From assembly GCA_013265495.1 (NCBI GenBank), contig PNXW01005189.1:111084-131083 (forward strand): a DNA stretch of 20,000 nt. Direction: 5' to 3'. The translations under genes and the position numbers were made by a program. Origin of the DNA: Vicugna vicugna (lineage: Eukaryota). The notes beneath the pieces were generated by a model. That model saw only the letters and a list, made by a program, of their open reading frames with translations. It did no database searches and was not told where the DNA came from. Of the stretch, positions 1-9,995 are shown in pieces (position 1 is the first letter of the stretch; every line of letters begins with the position of its first letter).

Positions 1-530
1 CATTGTTAACTGATTAGACTTCAATTAAAAAAAAAAAACAAGAATGGACCTTGGGCCTGATATAGTTTATTACCAAGAGACAGAGCATCCTAACAGCCTT
101 GTGTGGGAATGTCTTTCCCTGTTTCTGACTCAGCGTGGACTCTCTCCTAAAGCACATGTGTCAGTGGCCCCTAGGCAAGCCCCCAGCTTTCTGTATTTCA
201 GATCCCAAGGGAGAGAGGTCCTGCATCTTCTACTGGAGGAAGAAGTGGGATGTATGCAGCCAGATCTCTTTGGTTGGAAGAGGAGTGGCGACACTGGCCA
301 TGGGGGACCCACATCATAAGGGGCTGGATCTTGCATACCCTTTCTCCCCACTTGCTGTAAGTAAACTCTACCCCACTTGAACCTAATGTGCGTGTTGTCT
401 ATTCTCAGCAACCTTCCCTGGGTGGCACTTCCCTTAATGTTGGCCGCACAGCCTGGCTACCCAGTGAACAGTGAAATGGAAAGGCTAATTAACAATAAGA
501 GATAAAGGTGCATTTACTGTTACATTATTT

Positions 531-627
531 TTTGTGCCTCAGTTTCCTCATTTATAAAGTTAGGAGGGTCAGATTCTATGCTCTCTGGAACTCCATGGAG
601 CCGTTTATCAAGAGTCTATGGTTCTAG
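531..627 (+). mobile_element. MIR/MIR3 SINE fragment
   Basis: GCCTCAGTTTCCTCATTTATAAAGT matches the MIR core (GCCTCAGTTTCCTCATCTGTAAAAT), with a MIR3-like tail (TCTATGGTTCTA). Confidence 0.7.
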
Positions 628-899
628 GATGAGGCAGGCTTGCTAAAATATAGCTCTTATTCCTCTATTCCCACACATAATAATTCACTGCATAGTTTCA
701 TATTATTTCAGCATAATAGTCCCAAACTTGGGTGTTAGATTATTGTGTTCACTTCAGTGATCAGTTTAATATAAGTTAAAATATGCCAAGTCCTAAAAGC
801 CCTTCTTAAATCATCTAGACAGAGATAAATGCTCATAGCTGAGGCAAACCACATATTTTTCCCCTCTGTGTTGTTTGCACTTCGGTGGTACATACAGCC

Positions 900-1092
900 A
901 AGAAGATGGGCTGTGGATTCTGAGGTCAGGCTGTCTATACTGAAGCCTTTTCTCCATAACTCATCAGCAAAGATTTAATCTAATGAACAAAATACACCTC
1001 AGTTGCAGAATTAGAGTAAAGACTAAATATAGAGGAAGTAAAATATTTAGAACAGTTCTTGGCACATCACAAGTCTGTAGTCAGTGTTTGCA
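900..1092 (+). mobile_element. MIR SINE, degraded
   Basis: The 3' part TAAAATATTTAGAACAGTTCTTGGCACATCACAAG resembles the MIR tail (TAAAGCACTTAGAACAGTGCCTGGCACATAGTAAG); the 5' part is tRNA-head-like. Confidence 0.6.
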
Positions 1093-1624
1093 TCTATGAA
1101 TTTGCAGTCTTTAGGGTGAGCACATTTTTCAGTGACCCATTCAGTATTCTGTCATTCTTATTTTTACTGTATAGAGAAATCTTCTAGGTGGATTGAATAA
1201 TATTAAAGTAGCCACTTAATACGTGGACCACAGGTCCATCTTCACCTTGCTGACCATGTTAAATTGTTGGGGATACTATACGTACTGAAAACTGAAACCA
1301 AGCTCCTTAGCTCCTGACTCTGTGCTTACTTCTTCTCGACAGCGAGGAGCTCATGTATCTGTTGGCTTCTCAACTCCACATTTTTCAACGGCACACAAAG
1401 CATACTTCCATAATAATAAATTATAGCTACTATGGTAACTCCCAGTTGGCCTGAGTTCTCTGTTGAGAAGTCTTGCCACGTTCTTCACTTTCTCTGAGCA
1501 TCCATGTCTGAAGAGCGAGGATATTTTTCTTCTCTTGGGACACTGGTTATGAAAGTGGGGCTACTGGTGGCTCCTTGTTTCATGCCTGCGAAGCAGTTGA
1601 ATGGAAATAGAAAGAAATGCCTTC

Positions 1625-1800
1625 AGTTTCACTTAATCCTTCCAGCAACCCTACAATTAGCAGCCAATGTCCCCTATGTTATAGGTGAGAAGACCGGGAC
1701 CCAAGCAAGATGAAATAATGTATTAAGGTCGCTTGGCTGGAAGGCGGAAGAGCTTTGATTGTGATTTTTCTCCTTTTCTTCAAAGCCAAGGGTCTTCACA
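1625..1800 (-). mobile_element. MIR SINE
   Basis: TTAATCCTTCCAGCAACCCTAC...CCCCTATGTTATAGGTGAGAAGACC...AAGGTC...CAAAGCCAAGGGTCTT is colinear with the reverse complement of the MIR consensus. Confidence 0.75.
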
Positions 1801-1814
1801 GACACTCAGCCTCT

Positions 1815-2055
1815 GTGGTATGGCATTGATGTTACGGAGTTGGATATGGGGGACAAATGTTAGGTTCAATTCTGCATGTCAGGACACCATGTAGAATTTT
1901 GTGCTCATATATGTGGTATTTTTATCAAATCACATCATACTTAACTAAATAATCATATTTATTCTGAGGCTCAGTTTCCTTTCTTATAAAATGAGGGTAC
2001 TTTTCTATTATAGTAACAATGTCTAAGTGTCATATAAAATCATGTGAAAACTTGT
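1815..2055 (+). mobile_element. MIR SINE
   Basis: Core CTGAGGCTCAGTTTCCTTTCTTATAAAATGAGGGTA at about 1964-1999, with a B-box-like GGTTCAATTCTG upstream. Confidence 0.65.
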
Positions 2056-3221
2056 GTATGTTTTTTAAGACTCTACCTTATATAGTTATCTAGCACCCTA
2101 AGATTTATAAAGATCATTGTGCCTTCTTAACTTCTTTATTAAGTATGTACCCATTCCTCTAATTCAGGAGCAGACCGGGGACAAGTGTTTTTTTAAAGAG
2201 TCTATGGCTCCCTAAAAAATTGATGACTAAAACATCTCTCAAGTTACAGCCTGAATGTTTTGATCAGAAAAACAATGGCTGCTCTTTGAGTTAGACTTTC
2301 AATGCTACAGTGACGTCTGCAATGGAGGATTGATGAATTTCTTCTGTCTAAGAAGCATGTGCCTTAAATCTCTGGCTATCTTTAAGCAAGAACCTCATGC
2401 AGTTCATCCCAGGAATGGAAGGGCCCCATGCCACCGTCTTGATGCCAGCATGAGGGGAGGGGCCGTCCCACTCGGCACCTGCTAAGACCTGCTCCCGAGG
2501 CATCCATCCTTCCACAGCACACAAACTGAAGCCCAGTTTCTTTGGGGATATACTGTCTGTTGAAATGACTTCCCCACCACGCCTCATCATTGTCAACATG
2601 ATCAGAGAGCCGAGAACATGTCATGCTCAACTCTGCTCTTGGAGGCGGAGCAGATGTATGAAATCATACATCTTCCTTCTCTTCTGAGTCTAAGGAGGAT
2701 GGGCGATGGTACCAAGACCCCTCGTGTCTGTTCTCATTGTGATGCTGTGTTGCTGTGGGAAGCCCACCCATTTTGGAGATTTAGAACTTGCTTCCTTATC
2801 CTCCGCTGAAACCACATTGTTCGACTTTACAAAGATTAATACAGGGCCGTGAGGGTCAGCTGGCTTCAGTCTCTTTGTGTCATAGACAAATGACAGCCCT
2901 AAGACCTGAGGTGCTGAAAAAAAGGCATAAATCTGCTGTGCTGGACGTAAAAACAACCACTTGTTTCCTACTGGTGCTGAGAATGGTGAGTCATCTCTGT
3001 TTCCTGATTTTATGCGGGGTACTCTTTGTGCTTCCTTCCACTTTTAACTTAAAAAAAATATTTATCTATGATAGTCACTCTCTTTTTAGAGATTTGTCAA
3101 ATTTCTGAATTTGGACAAGTTGGGGCCGATCCTTCTTCCATGCTTTTAAAAAACATTTTTGATAATGTCCATTCCTCTCCCCACCAAAGCTATATCCATC
3201 TTAAATGATGTCCCAGAAAAA

Positions 3222-3242
3222 GAAGAAGAAGAAGAAGAAGAA
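3222..3242 (+). repeat. (GAA)7 microsatellite
   Basis: Read directly from the sequence. Confidence 0.95.
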
Positions 3243-4124
3243 AAGGGCACAATCCAGTGTTATTTGGCATTGCAAAGGTGAGGTAAATTTTAAGGCAAAA
3301 AGACTGTCTACAATTTCCTCGACTTCGTGATATTTACCTATAATATGTCATCCTGACACTTATAACCAGATGAACTGTGGTAAAACAAATAAATAAAAAA
3401 GAAATACAGCAGTGCAGAATAACTTTAGTTACCTGAATCTAACATTAAAGATTGAAAGTAAGATTTAAAGGTATGGAAAAAAAAAAGAAATAAGGATAAG
3501 AGAAAGAAGTGAATAAAACCGTGTGCAGATGGTTCTCCTTTAAAAGCAGAAGATGAGTAAAATCTCTTTCTAGGCTCTTAAATAATTTAAATTCTATCAA
3601 ACACATATTTCCCCCTGTAACAGGTTCACACAGTTTTTGCAACACTGTAAGTCGTTACTTTCTTTGGCTTTTGTTTTTCTTCACTCCCTAAGGATGTTCT
3701 CCGACGATTATTTCTTTCTATCTTTATTTTGCTCCTTTCTATTTTTTTCCAGCCCCCCTCCTGTTCCCTGAGGAAGTGTGCAGCCATAATGCTGAAGTGC
3801 CACTAAATGCAATAAGGCAAAAATCATCGCGGCTTGATGGCACCAGAGTGCCAGCGCTCTGGATAAAGAATTATCCCACTAACGCAGCATGAACCAGCCA
3901 AAAGGAGAAAGAAGAAAACAATCCACAGACTCATGGCGTATTTATTTTTTATGATCCTAAAAACCTTTATTTAGAAAAGATAAAATGGGAGTCATCCGAT
4001 GAATACATTTGAAGGCAGGGATCACACAGGCGATTTGGACCAGTTTTGTGTGCTGATTCTCAGCATTGGGTTTTCTGAGCTGGGAGGGAAGTATATACAT
4101 TGTCCAGCTATTTAAACCTGAAGT

Positions 4125-4576
4125 TAAAAAAAAGAATAAAATAATGCCATTTGCAGCAGCATGGCTGGACCTGGAGATCGTCACTTTAAGTGAAGTGAGC
4201 CAGAAAGAGAAAGAAAAATACCATGTGATGTCACTTATATGTGGAATCCACAGAAAAGACAAATGAACTTATTTACAAAACAGAAACAGCCTCACAGACA
4301 TAGAAAACAAACTTCTGGTTAAGGTCGTGGGGGAAGGGGCTGGGAAGGGATAAATTGGGAGTTCGAGATTTGCAGATACCAACTACTATATATAAGATAG
4401 ATAAACAAAAAGTTTCTACTGTACAGCACGGGGAATTGTATTCAATATCTTGTAGCAATTTATAATGAAAAAGATTATGGAAACAAATACGTGTATGTAT
4501 ATGTGTGACTGAACTATTATGCTGTACACCAGAAATTGACACAGCATCGTAAACTGACTCTACTTCAATAAAAAAA
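4125..4576 (+). mobile_element. 5'-truncated LINE-1 (ORF2 C-terminus, 3' UTR and A-tail); camelid-type young L1
   Basis: Translates to KKNKIMPFAAAWLDLEIVTLSEVSQKEKEKYHVMSLICGI, the conserved L1 ORF2p C-terminus. It is followed by a G-rich 3' UTR (GGGAAGGGATAAATTGGGAGTTCGAGATTTGCAGATAC) and ends in CAATAAAAAAA. Confidence 0.95.
4126..4248 (+). pseudogene. Non-functional remnant of the L1 ORF2p C-terminal ~40 aa
   Basis: Part of ORF 4066..4266. The usual stop after ...CGI appears mutated (GGAATCCAC rather than GGAATCTAA). Confidence 0.8.
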
Positions 4577-4881
4577 GTCTCCTCTGATTTGTCCCTTGTC
4601 ATAAAAAATCTATGCTTTAGAATTGAGGTTTTTCAAATTAGAAATTTTAAAAAAGTTAAATGAGCTCTGGGTTTAAGATATAAAGGAGAAAAACATGTTT
4701 TCTCTTGAAGTCTCCATAACCTATGTTATTGCAAATATTAAATTAAATATATTGTATCTGTTACATACATTTATAAAAACCCAAGCCTTTTCATATTGAG
4801 TTTACCCATTAGCTAGGACCTTTCCTTGTTACAGACTCATATTACTCTTACCTTCCCCCAAAGCACATCATGCTGATTCAG

Positions 4882-4920
4882 TCTCTCTTTCTCTCTCTCT
4901 TTCCCTCTCTCCCCACCTCT
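4882..4920 (+). repeat. CT-rich low-complexity tract
   Basis: TCTCTCTTTCTCTCTCTCTTTCCCTCTCTCCCCACCTCT read directly. Confidence 0.8.
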
Positions 4921-6009
4921 GTGCTCAAATTCAGATGTGTGATTTCATCACCATGGACGTAGGCAGTGACTGCTATGACATGAATAAATATACTAGGGGA
5001 ATCCAGATGGATTTGACTTGGACATGATTACAATTTTTCTTACTTTCGTTATAAAGTACAGTTATCCTATATTCAAATCCAAATCTTGCTTCTTCAGGTC
5101 TTTGGTGGCCATCTAATCCTCTTTTGAAATTGTTACATATTTCTGTATAGGGATGAAGATTTCTTGATTTATTCTGAGGTCATCTCCATTCTGTTTAATA
5201 CGTTTCTCGACTTTGTTTGGATAACCAGTGAGGAGAATGATGACCATTGTTGCAGGGAAGCTGAGGGCAGCATCGGTGATTCAGACATTTTTGCAGCAAG
5301 ATTTCAAATTGCAAACCCAATTCCAGTACTGAGTGCTTCATTTCACAACCAATTGCTAAGAATTCTGCACAAACAAAAGGCCCTTTTTGATTATTTTTAC
5401 TCGTGAATGTTTTGTTTAGCTACTAATAGGATTTTAATGACGATATTACCAACTATGATGAGCCATAAGCCTGCAAAGCAGCTCTGTTAGGGGTTTCACT
5501 TTTTTTTTTGTCTTACCGCAATGCTATCTGGATTGCTTTTTGTCCCCATATTTCTAGTACTGTTTTTTTCTTTTGTTGCTTTAAAATCCCAGTTAAGGTG
5601 GTGCTGTTTGCAAGCCGGAATTGCTGAAGAAACATTCATAATGTAAAGAATATTTTCTTAAGGGATTTTTAAAACTCAGTGTTCCATAGTCCTAGAATTC
5701 TGAAGATAAGGAGATGCCTTCCAGGGTCTTTGGTCTGTGTGTTATTTTTCCACAAAGATGTTGCAAGTTAATGGGAGGAAAAGACTAGAAACCACATTGT
5801 TACTTACCGTGCTTGTCTTTTGACACTCATTTTCTAAGCCACAAATTCCCAAGCAATACTTGTGTGGACGATTTTCCATCAACAGTTTTATGACTTATCA
5901 GTAGCATGGCGATGACATTATCATCATGGCTTCGTTTGTTCCTTCTAATGGATGTTGTTGTCCTGGTCTTTGCCCCATGGGGGAGACCCCATCCTGAGAT
6001 CTGAGATTA

Positions 6010-6345
6010 TTTTTTTTAATAGACTTTATTCTTTTAGAGCAGTTTCAGGTTCACAGCAGAATTGAGCAGAAAATACAGAGAATTCACATATAGCCCTTCC
6101 TACCCACATGTATATACACCTCTACCCTCAACATCCCTCATCAGTGGGGCATATTTGGTACAATTGATGAACCAACATGGACACATTATTATCAACGAAA
6201 GTCCATTAGGGCTCACTCTTGGTGTTGCACATTCTATGGGTTTTGACAAATGCATAATGACATGTAGCCACCACTACAGTATCATACAGAGTAATTTCAT
6301 TGCCCTAAAAATCCCTTCTTATCCATCTATTCATTTCTCCCTCCC
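6010..6345 (-). mobile_element. Old LINE-1 3' end (L1MC1-like), 5'-truncated, with target-site duplication
   Basis: Poly-T then AATAGACTTTATT..TTAGAGCAGTTT.AGGTTCACAGCA...CACTCTTGGTGTTG.ACATTCTATGGGTTT.GACAAATG, matching the recalled L1MC1 3' end in reverse. Flanked by identical CCTGAGATCTGAGATTATTT at 5993-6012 and 6344-6363. Confidence 0.9.
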
Positions 6346-6411
6346 TGAGATCTGAGATTATTTGAGTCAGGAGGAAAGGAACATTTTAGAACAGAACTTT
6401 GTGACATACAT

Positions 6412-6414
<3 letters not shown>

Positions 6415-6454
<40 letters not shown>
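6415..6454 (+). repeat. (TG)20 perfect microsatellite
   Basis: Read directly from the sequence. Confidence 0.98.
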
Positions 6455-6457
<3 letters not shown>

Positions 6458-6564
6458 ATTCAGATATATTTAAATTGACATGCCAACAAAAGGTACTTAC
6501 TAGCTATATGACATGGAATAAATAGTTTTTACTTTACTGAATTTAATTTTCTTCCTTTCATTTC

Positions 6565-6950
6565 TATATCAGTCAGGCTTACCAGTATAACAAATACCCA
6601 CCAAATTCAGTCATTGTAAACAAACTAACAAAAAAGCAAACAAAAGACAAGCTTATTGTTCACTTATGTTACTTTCTGATGTGTGTTTCTGCTCAAATGA
6701 CTGTGTTGGGGGGCACCCTCCTCCAGGAATCTATTCCAGGACTGAAACTCCAAATTCCCACAAGAGACTTGGGCTCCATCACAGGATTCTCCGTATCTGG
6801 GAAGAAATGAATGTGAAAAGAGAACGTGGAGTATTGCAAAGAAGGTATTTTAGAGGCCAGTGCTGAAAGCGTAAATCAGATCCACCCACATTTCTTTGAC
6901 TAGACTTCAGTCCAGTGGCAGGGTTGGCCCTGCCCAATATAAGGACAGCC
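6565..6950 (-). mobile_element. Ancient MaLR solo LTR (MLT1J/K/L-like), heavily degraded
   Basis: TATCAGTCAGG...TAACAAATACCCACCAAATTCAGT...AAAC...TTATT and later GGCCAG...CCACATTTCTTTGACTAGACTTCAGTC resemble the reverse-strand MLT1 layout. Confidence 0.55.
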
Positions 6951-7009
6951 AGAACACTGGTCCAGTTGTATGACCAGGGGGTGGTGTGTACAGGATTTGA
7001 AGAACACGT

Positions 7010-7125
7010 AGCCTTATCTCTGTCAAATAAGAAGATGCCATAGCACCCATCTCTCAGATCTGTTGTGGGTGTAAGAGGAGGCAGCACATATAAAATAATG
7101 TCTGATATGTGATGAACAGCTGATC
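7010..7125 (+). mobile_element. MIR SINE 3' fragment
   Basis: ATAGCACCCATCTCTCAGATCTGTTGTGGGTGTAAG...CATATAAAA resembles MIR ATAGTACCTACCTCATAGGGTTGTTGTGAGGATTAAA. Confidence 0.55.
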
Positions 7126-7289
7126 ATCATGCGGAAAAGCAAATAAACAAAATTAAAATATATAGAGGTAAAGCAATGACTCCAAATAGAGATGAGGAGG
7201 CAGATTACTATGGGAATTTAGAGGCACGGACGCCATTATTTGCTGTAAGGGTCAACTTGACCCCCTTAATCTTGGACACCTCAAGCTCT

Positions 7290-8059
7290 CTCTCCAGTGA
7301 TTCACTCTCCACGTCCCATGTTCTCCTTTGCGGATCTCATCACTTTCCATAGCTTCTGTTAGCACAAATATACCAGTTTTATAGAATCAGCCCCCTCTTC
7401 TTTGATTTCTCTCCATGAGCATATTTAAACCCTCAGTGGAACTCTTCACATTTTATAAAGCACAGACTGAACTCATCACTCCTGCTTTGCCCACATTCAA
7501 GTTCACGCTCATTTCTACACCTCCCTCTCCCACGGTCATGTTTGCCCTTCTGTGTCCTTCACACCCTGTCATCTCGCTCCCTCTTAACCTTATATAAGCA
7601 ACCACTGCGTCTTGACCAGCTTATTTCCTAAATCTTGCTCCATTCCTTTCTTTCCATCCCACTGACACTAGGTGAGGCTCAACCATCGCTAACCCAGATT
7701 ACTTACTCTATGAGTTCTCCGTCCTTGGCCTTGCCCCATCACACCATTCTCTTCAGAAAAGCTTTTATTTTTATTACTATTTGCTTGGGGAGAAATACGT
7801 CTCTAAGCACTGACTCCACTGTTGCAAAACTTTCAATGACTTCCATTTTTATTAAGAGAGCATAGGTGCCTCGACATAACTTAGAATACCTTAAACCACA
7901 TCCACTCTGCCCTTCTAGCTTTTTCTCTTGCCCTTCTTCCTCTCTACAGCAGCCACACTAAACGCCTGTCCGTTCTGCTTATGAGTAACAGACCCTCCCT
8001 TCTCTAGAACTTAGGTCATGTGATCCCATCTGCTGATATAGTGTTTCATCTCATCCACT
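7290..8059 (+). mobile_element. LINE-2 fragment (5' piece, interrupted by the MER21-like LTR)
   Basis: Pyrimidine-rich, with L2 motifs in order: GATCTCATC..TCCATAGCTT, ACTGAACTCATC, TCCATCCCACTG, AAAACTTTCAATGACTTCC, CAGCCACACT. Confidence 0.75.
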
Positions 8060-8977
8060 TGTGGTATGATTATTTATAATAGGAAATATATATTTGGTTT
8101 TTGTCCCCAGTTCCTGGCTCACAGGTCTTGGAATTTCCTGAGGAATAAAATCAATGTGAGCATCTTTTTTCATAATGTTTGGTGTCTTGGCCTCAGTTCC
8201 TAAAGTTGCTTCAGAGCCATAAAGGTGAATTTGGAGTCTTGGTATTCATAAGGAGCCCCTTTCTACCACATGAGTTTATGGGTTGATAGGTTTATGTCAT
8301 TGAAGTGACTTGGAAAATACCCAAGGATGGGACCTGGTTGCCTGAAGAACCACGTGATTAGAGGTTTGGAGCTTTCAGTCCCACCCCAGACCTCCTCGGA
8401 GGGAAGAAGGGATGGAGATTGTGCTCAATCATCAACGACCAATGATTTAATCAATTGTGCCTATGTGATAAAACCTCCATCAGAACCCCAAAAGACAAGG
8501 TTCAGAGAGCTTCTGGGTTGGTGAACATGTGGAGATTTGGGGAAAGCAGTACCCTCAGACAGCATGGGGTCTCCATGCCACTTCCCCAAAACCTTGTCCT
8601 GTGCATCTCTTCCATTGGGCTCCTTGTGAGTTATACTTTTTTTTATAATAAACCAGTAATCTAGTGAATAAACTGGTTCTCAGAGTTCTATGAGCGGCTG
8701 TAGGAAATCAAGTAAATGCAAGGAGGTATGGTTGGGAACTTCAATCTATCGCTGGTCGGTCAGTCAGTAGCATAGGTAAAAAACTGGGTTTGTGATTGTC
8801 ATGTGAGCGGAGGGCAGCCTTGTAGGACTGAGCCCTTAACCTGTGAAATTTGATGCTATCTCTGGGTCGATAGTTCCAAAACTTAGTTGAATTGCAGCTG
8901 GGTTCAAAGAATTGCTTCTTGATGTGGGGGGAATCCCAGCCCCCTCACACACTGAAACTGGATGCTCGGAAACCTTA
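8060..8977 (+). mobile_element. MER21-like solo LTR
   Basis: Starts TG, then GAAATATATATTTGGTTTTTGTCCCCAGTTCCTGGC, CACGTGATTAGAGG.TTGGA.CTTTCAG, AATAAACCAGTAA and GGACTGAGCCCTTAACCTGTG, all MER21-type motifs. Probable 5-bp TSD CCACT (8055-8059) / CCACC (8978-8982). Confidence 0.88.
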
Positions 8978-8982
8978 CCACC

Positions 8983-9300
8983 CATCCCCTCAAGTAATGA
9001 AAGAAGAAATCCAGCTGTTGCCAACTCATTCTCTAGAACTCTCTTACATGTCTTCTCTTCCAGGGAATATTGTGATCCAATGTCAGTCCCACATTCTTGG
9101 TTAAGTATCTAAGTGCTCCATCTTTACCCTTAGGTAATGATTCATTTATTTTTGTTTCTCTGCTTTTCAAACTATATGGTTGTCTACCCCAGCTTGATGG
9201 TAAGATCCAGGAGAATAGGACTGGGGATGGTATTTTTCATCCTTCTGTCCTCAGAAGCTAGTCTGGTAGAATAAGACTTCAGGCATATTTTCAATAATCA
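8983..9300 (+). mobile_element. LINE-2 3' fragment (continuation after the LTR)
   Basis: TGTCTACCCCAGCTTGATGGTAAGATCCAGGAGAATAGGACT resembles the L2 3' motif TGTCTCCCCCACTAGACTGTAAGCTCCATGAGGGCAGGGAC. Confidence 0.65.
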
Positions 9301-9321
9301 CGGATGGCTTCAAGAATTCTT

Positions 9322-9473
9322 TGTCATTTGAACTGAGCCTTGAAAGAAAGAGGATTATGAAAACTAAAGCAAAGGGTTAGAGAATGACATTTTCTCACGA
9401 GAGAAAGGCATGGACATAGTCCTGGAGGCAGACACGTGCAGATTGAGTTGTGGACAATAAAACTCAGTGTGGC
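9322..9473 (-). mobile_element. LINE-2 fragment
   Basis: CATTTGAACTGAGCCTTGAAAGA...AGAGAAAGGCATGGACATAGTCCTGGAGGCAG...CAGTGTGGC matches the reverse strand of L2. Confidence 0.7.
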
Positions 9474-9995
9474 TGTAACAGAGCCCAAACTTGTTCTGCT
9501 CACTGCACAACAGGCCAATAAATTGGGAGATGAGGTGTTGGGGCAAGGAATAACAACTTTATTCGGAAAGCTGGCAGACTGAGAAGATGGCAGACTAATG
9601 TCCTGGAGAACCGTCTTCCCCAAGCCAGAATTCAGGCTCCTTTTATACTAAGATGGGGAGGGGGGATGTTGGTTGTTGCAAACTTCTTGATGTCAGAATC
9701 CTTTGTTCTTGTAGCTTTCCACATAGGTCAGGTCATGGTGCCCCTCCGTGTAAAGCTACAACAAGACAAGTGTTATTTTCTATCCTACAACTTTTTATCT
9801 TTCTATGAATGGGAAAATGTTAAACTCTTAAAGGTCAGAGCTTTGAGAATGGGCTACTTTGTTTATTTCAGGCATAGGCAACATCCTTTTACAAAAGGTG
9901 CAGAGCCAGCATGACTAAGCACAGGAAACAGAGCACAGGGTTAGAGCTAAAGGGACAGATCTGATAGGGAGTCAGATGTGTTCTTCCCTGTTGCA
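9474..9995 (-). mobile_element. ERV1-type solo LTR (copy A), 522 bp
   Basis: TGTAACA...TGTTGCA termini; 4-bp TSD TGGC/TGAC; minus-strand TATAAAA (9641-9647) and AATAAA (9558-9563); homologous to 11266-11772. Confidence 0.9.

Noticed and set aside
5125..5260. Minus-strand 44-aa ORF (MVIILLTGYPNKVEKRIK...)
   Set aside because: Short, no recognised homology, and no supporting exon structure.
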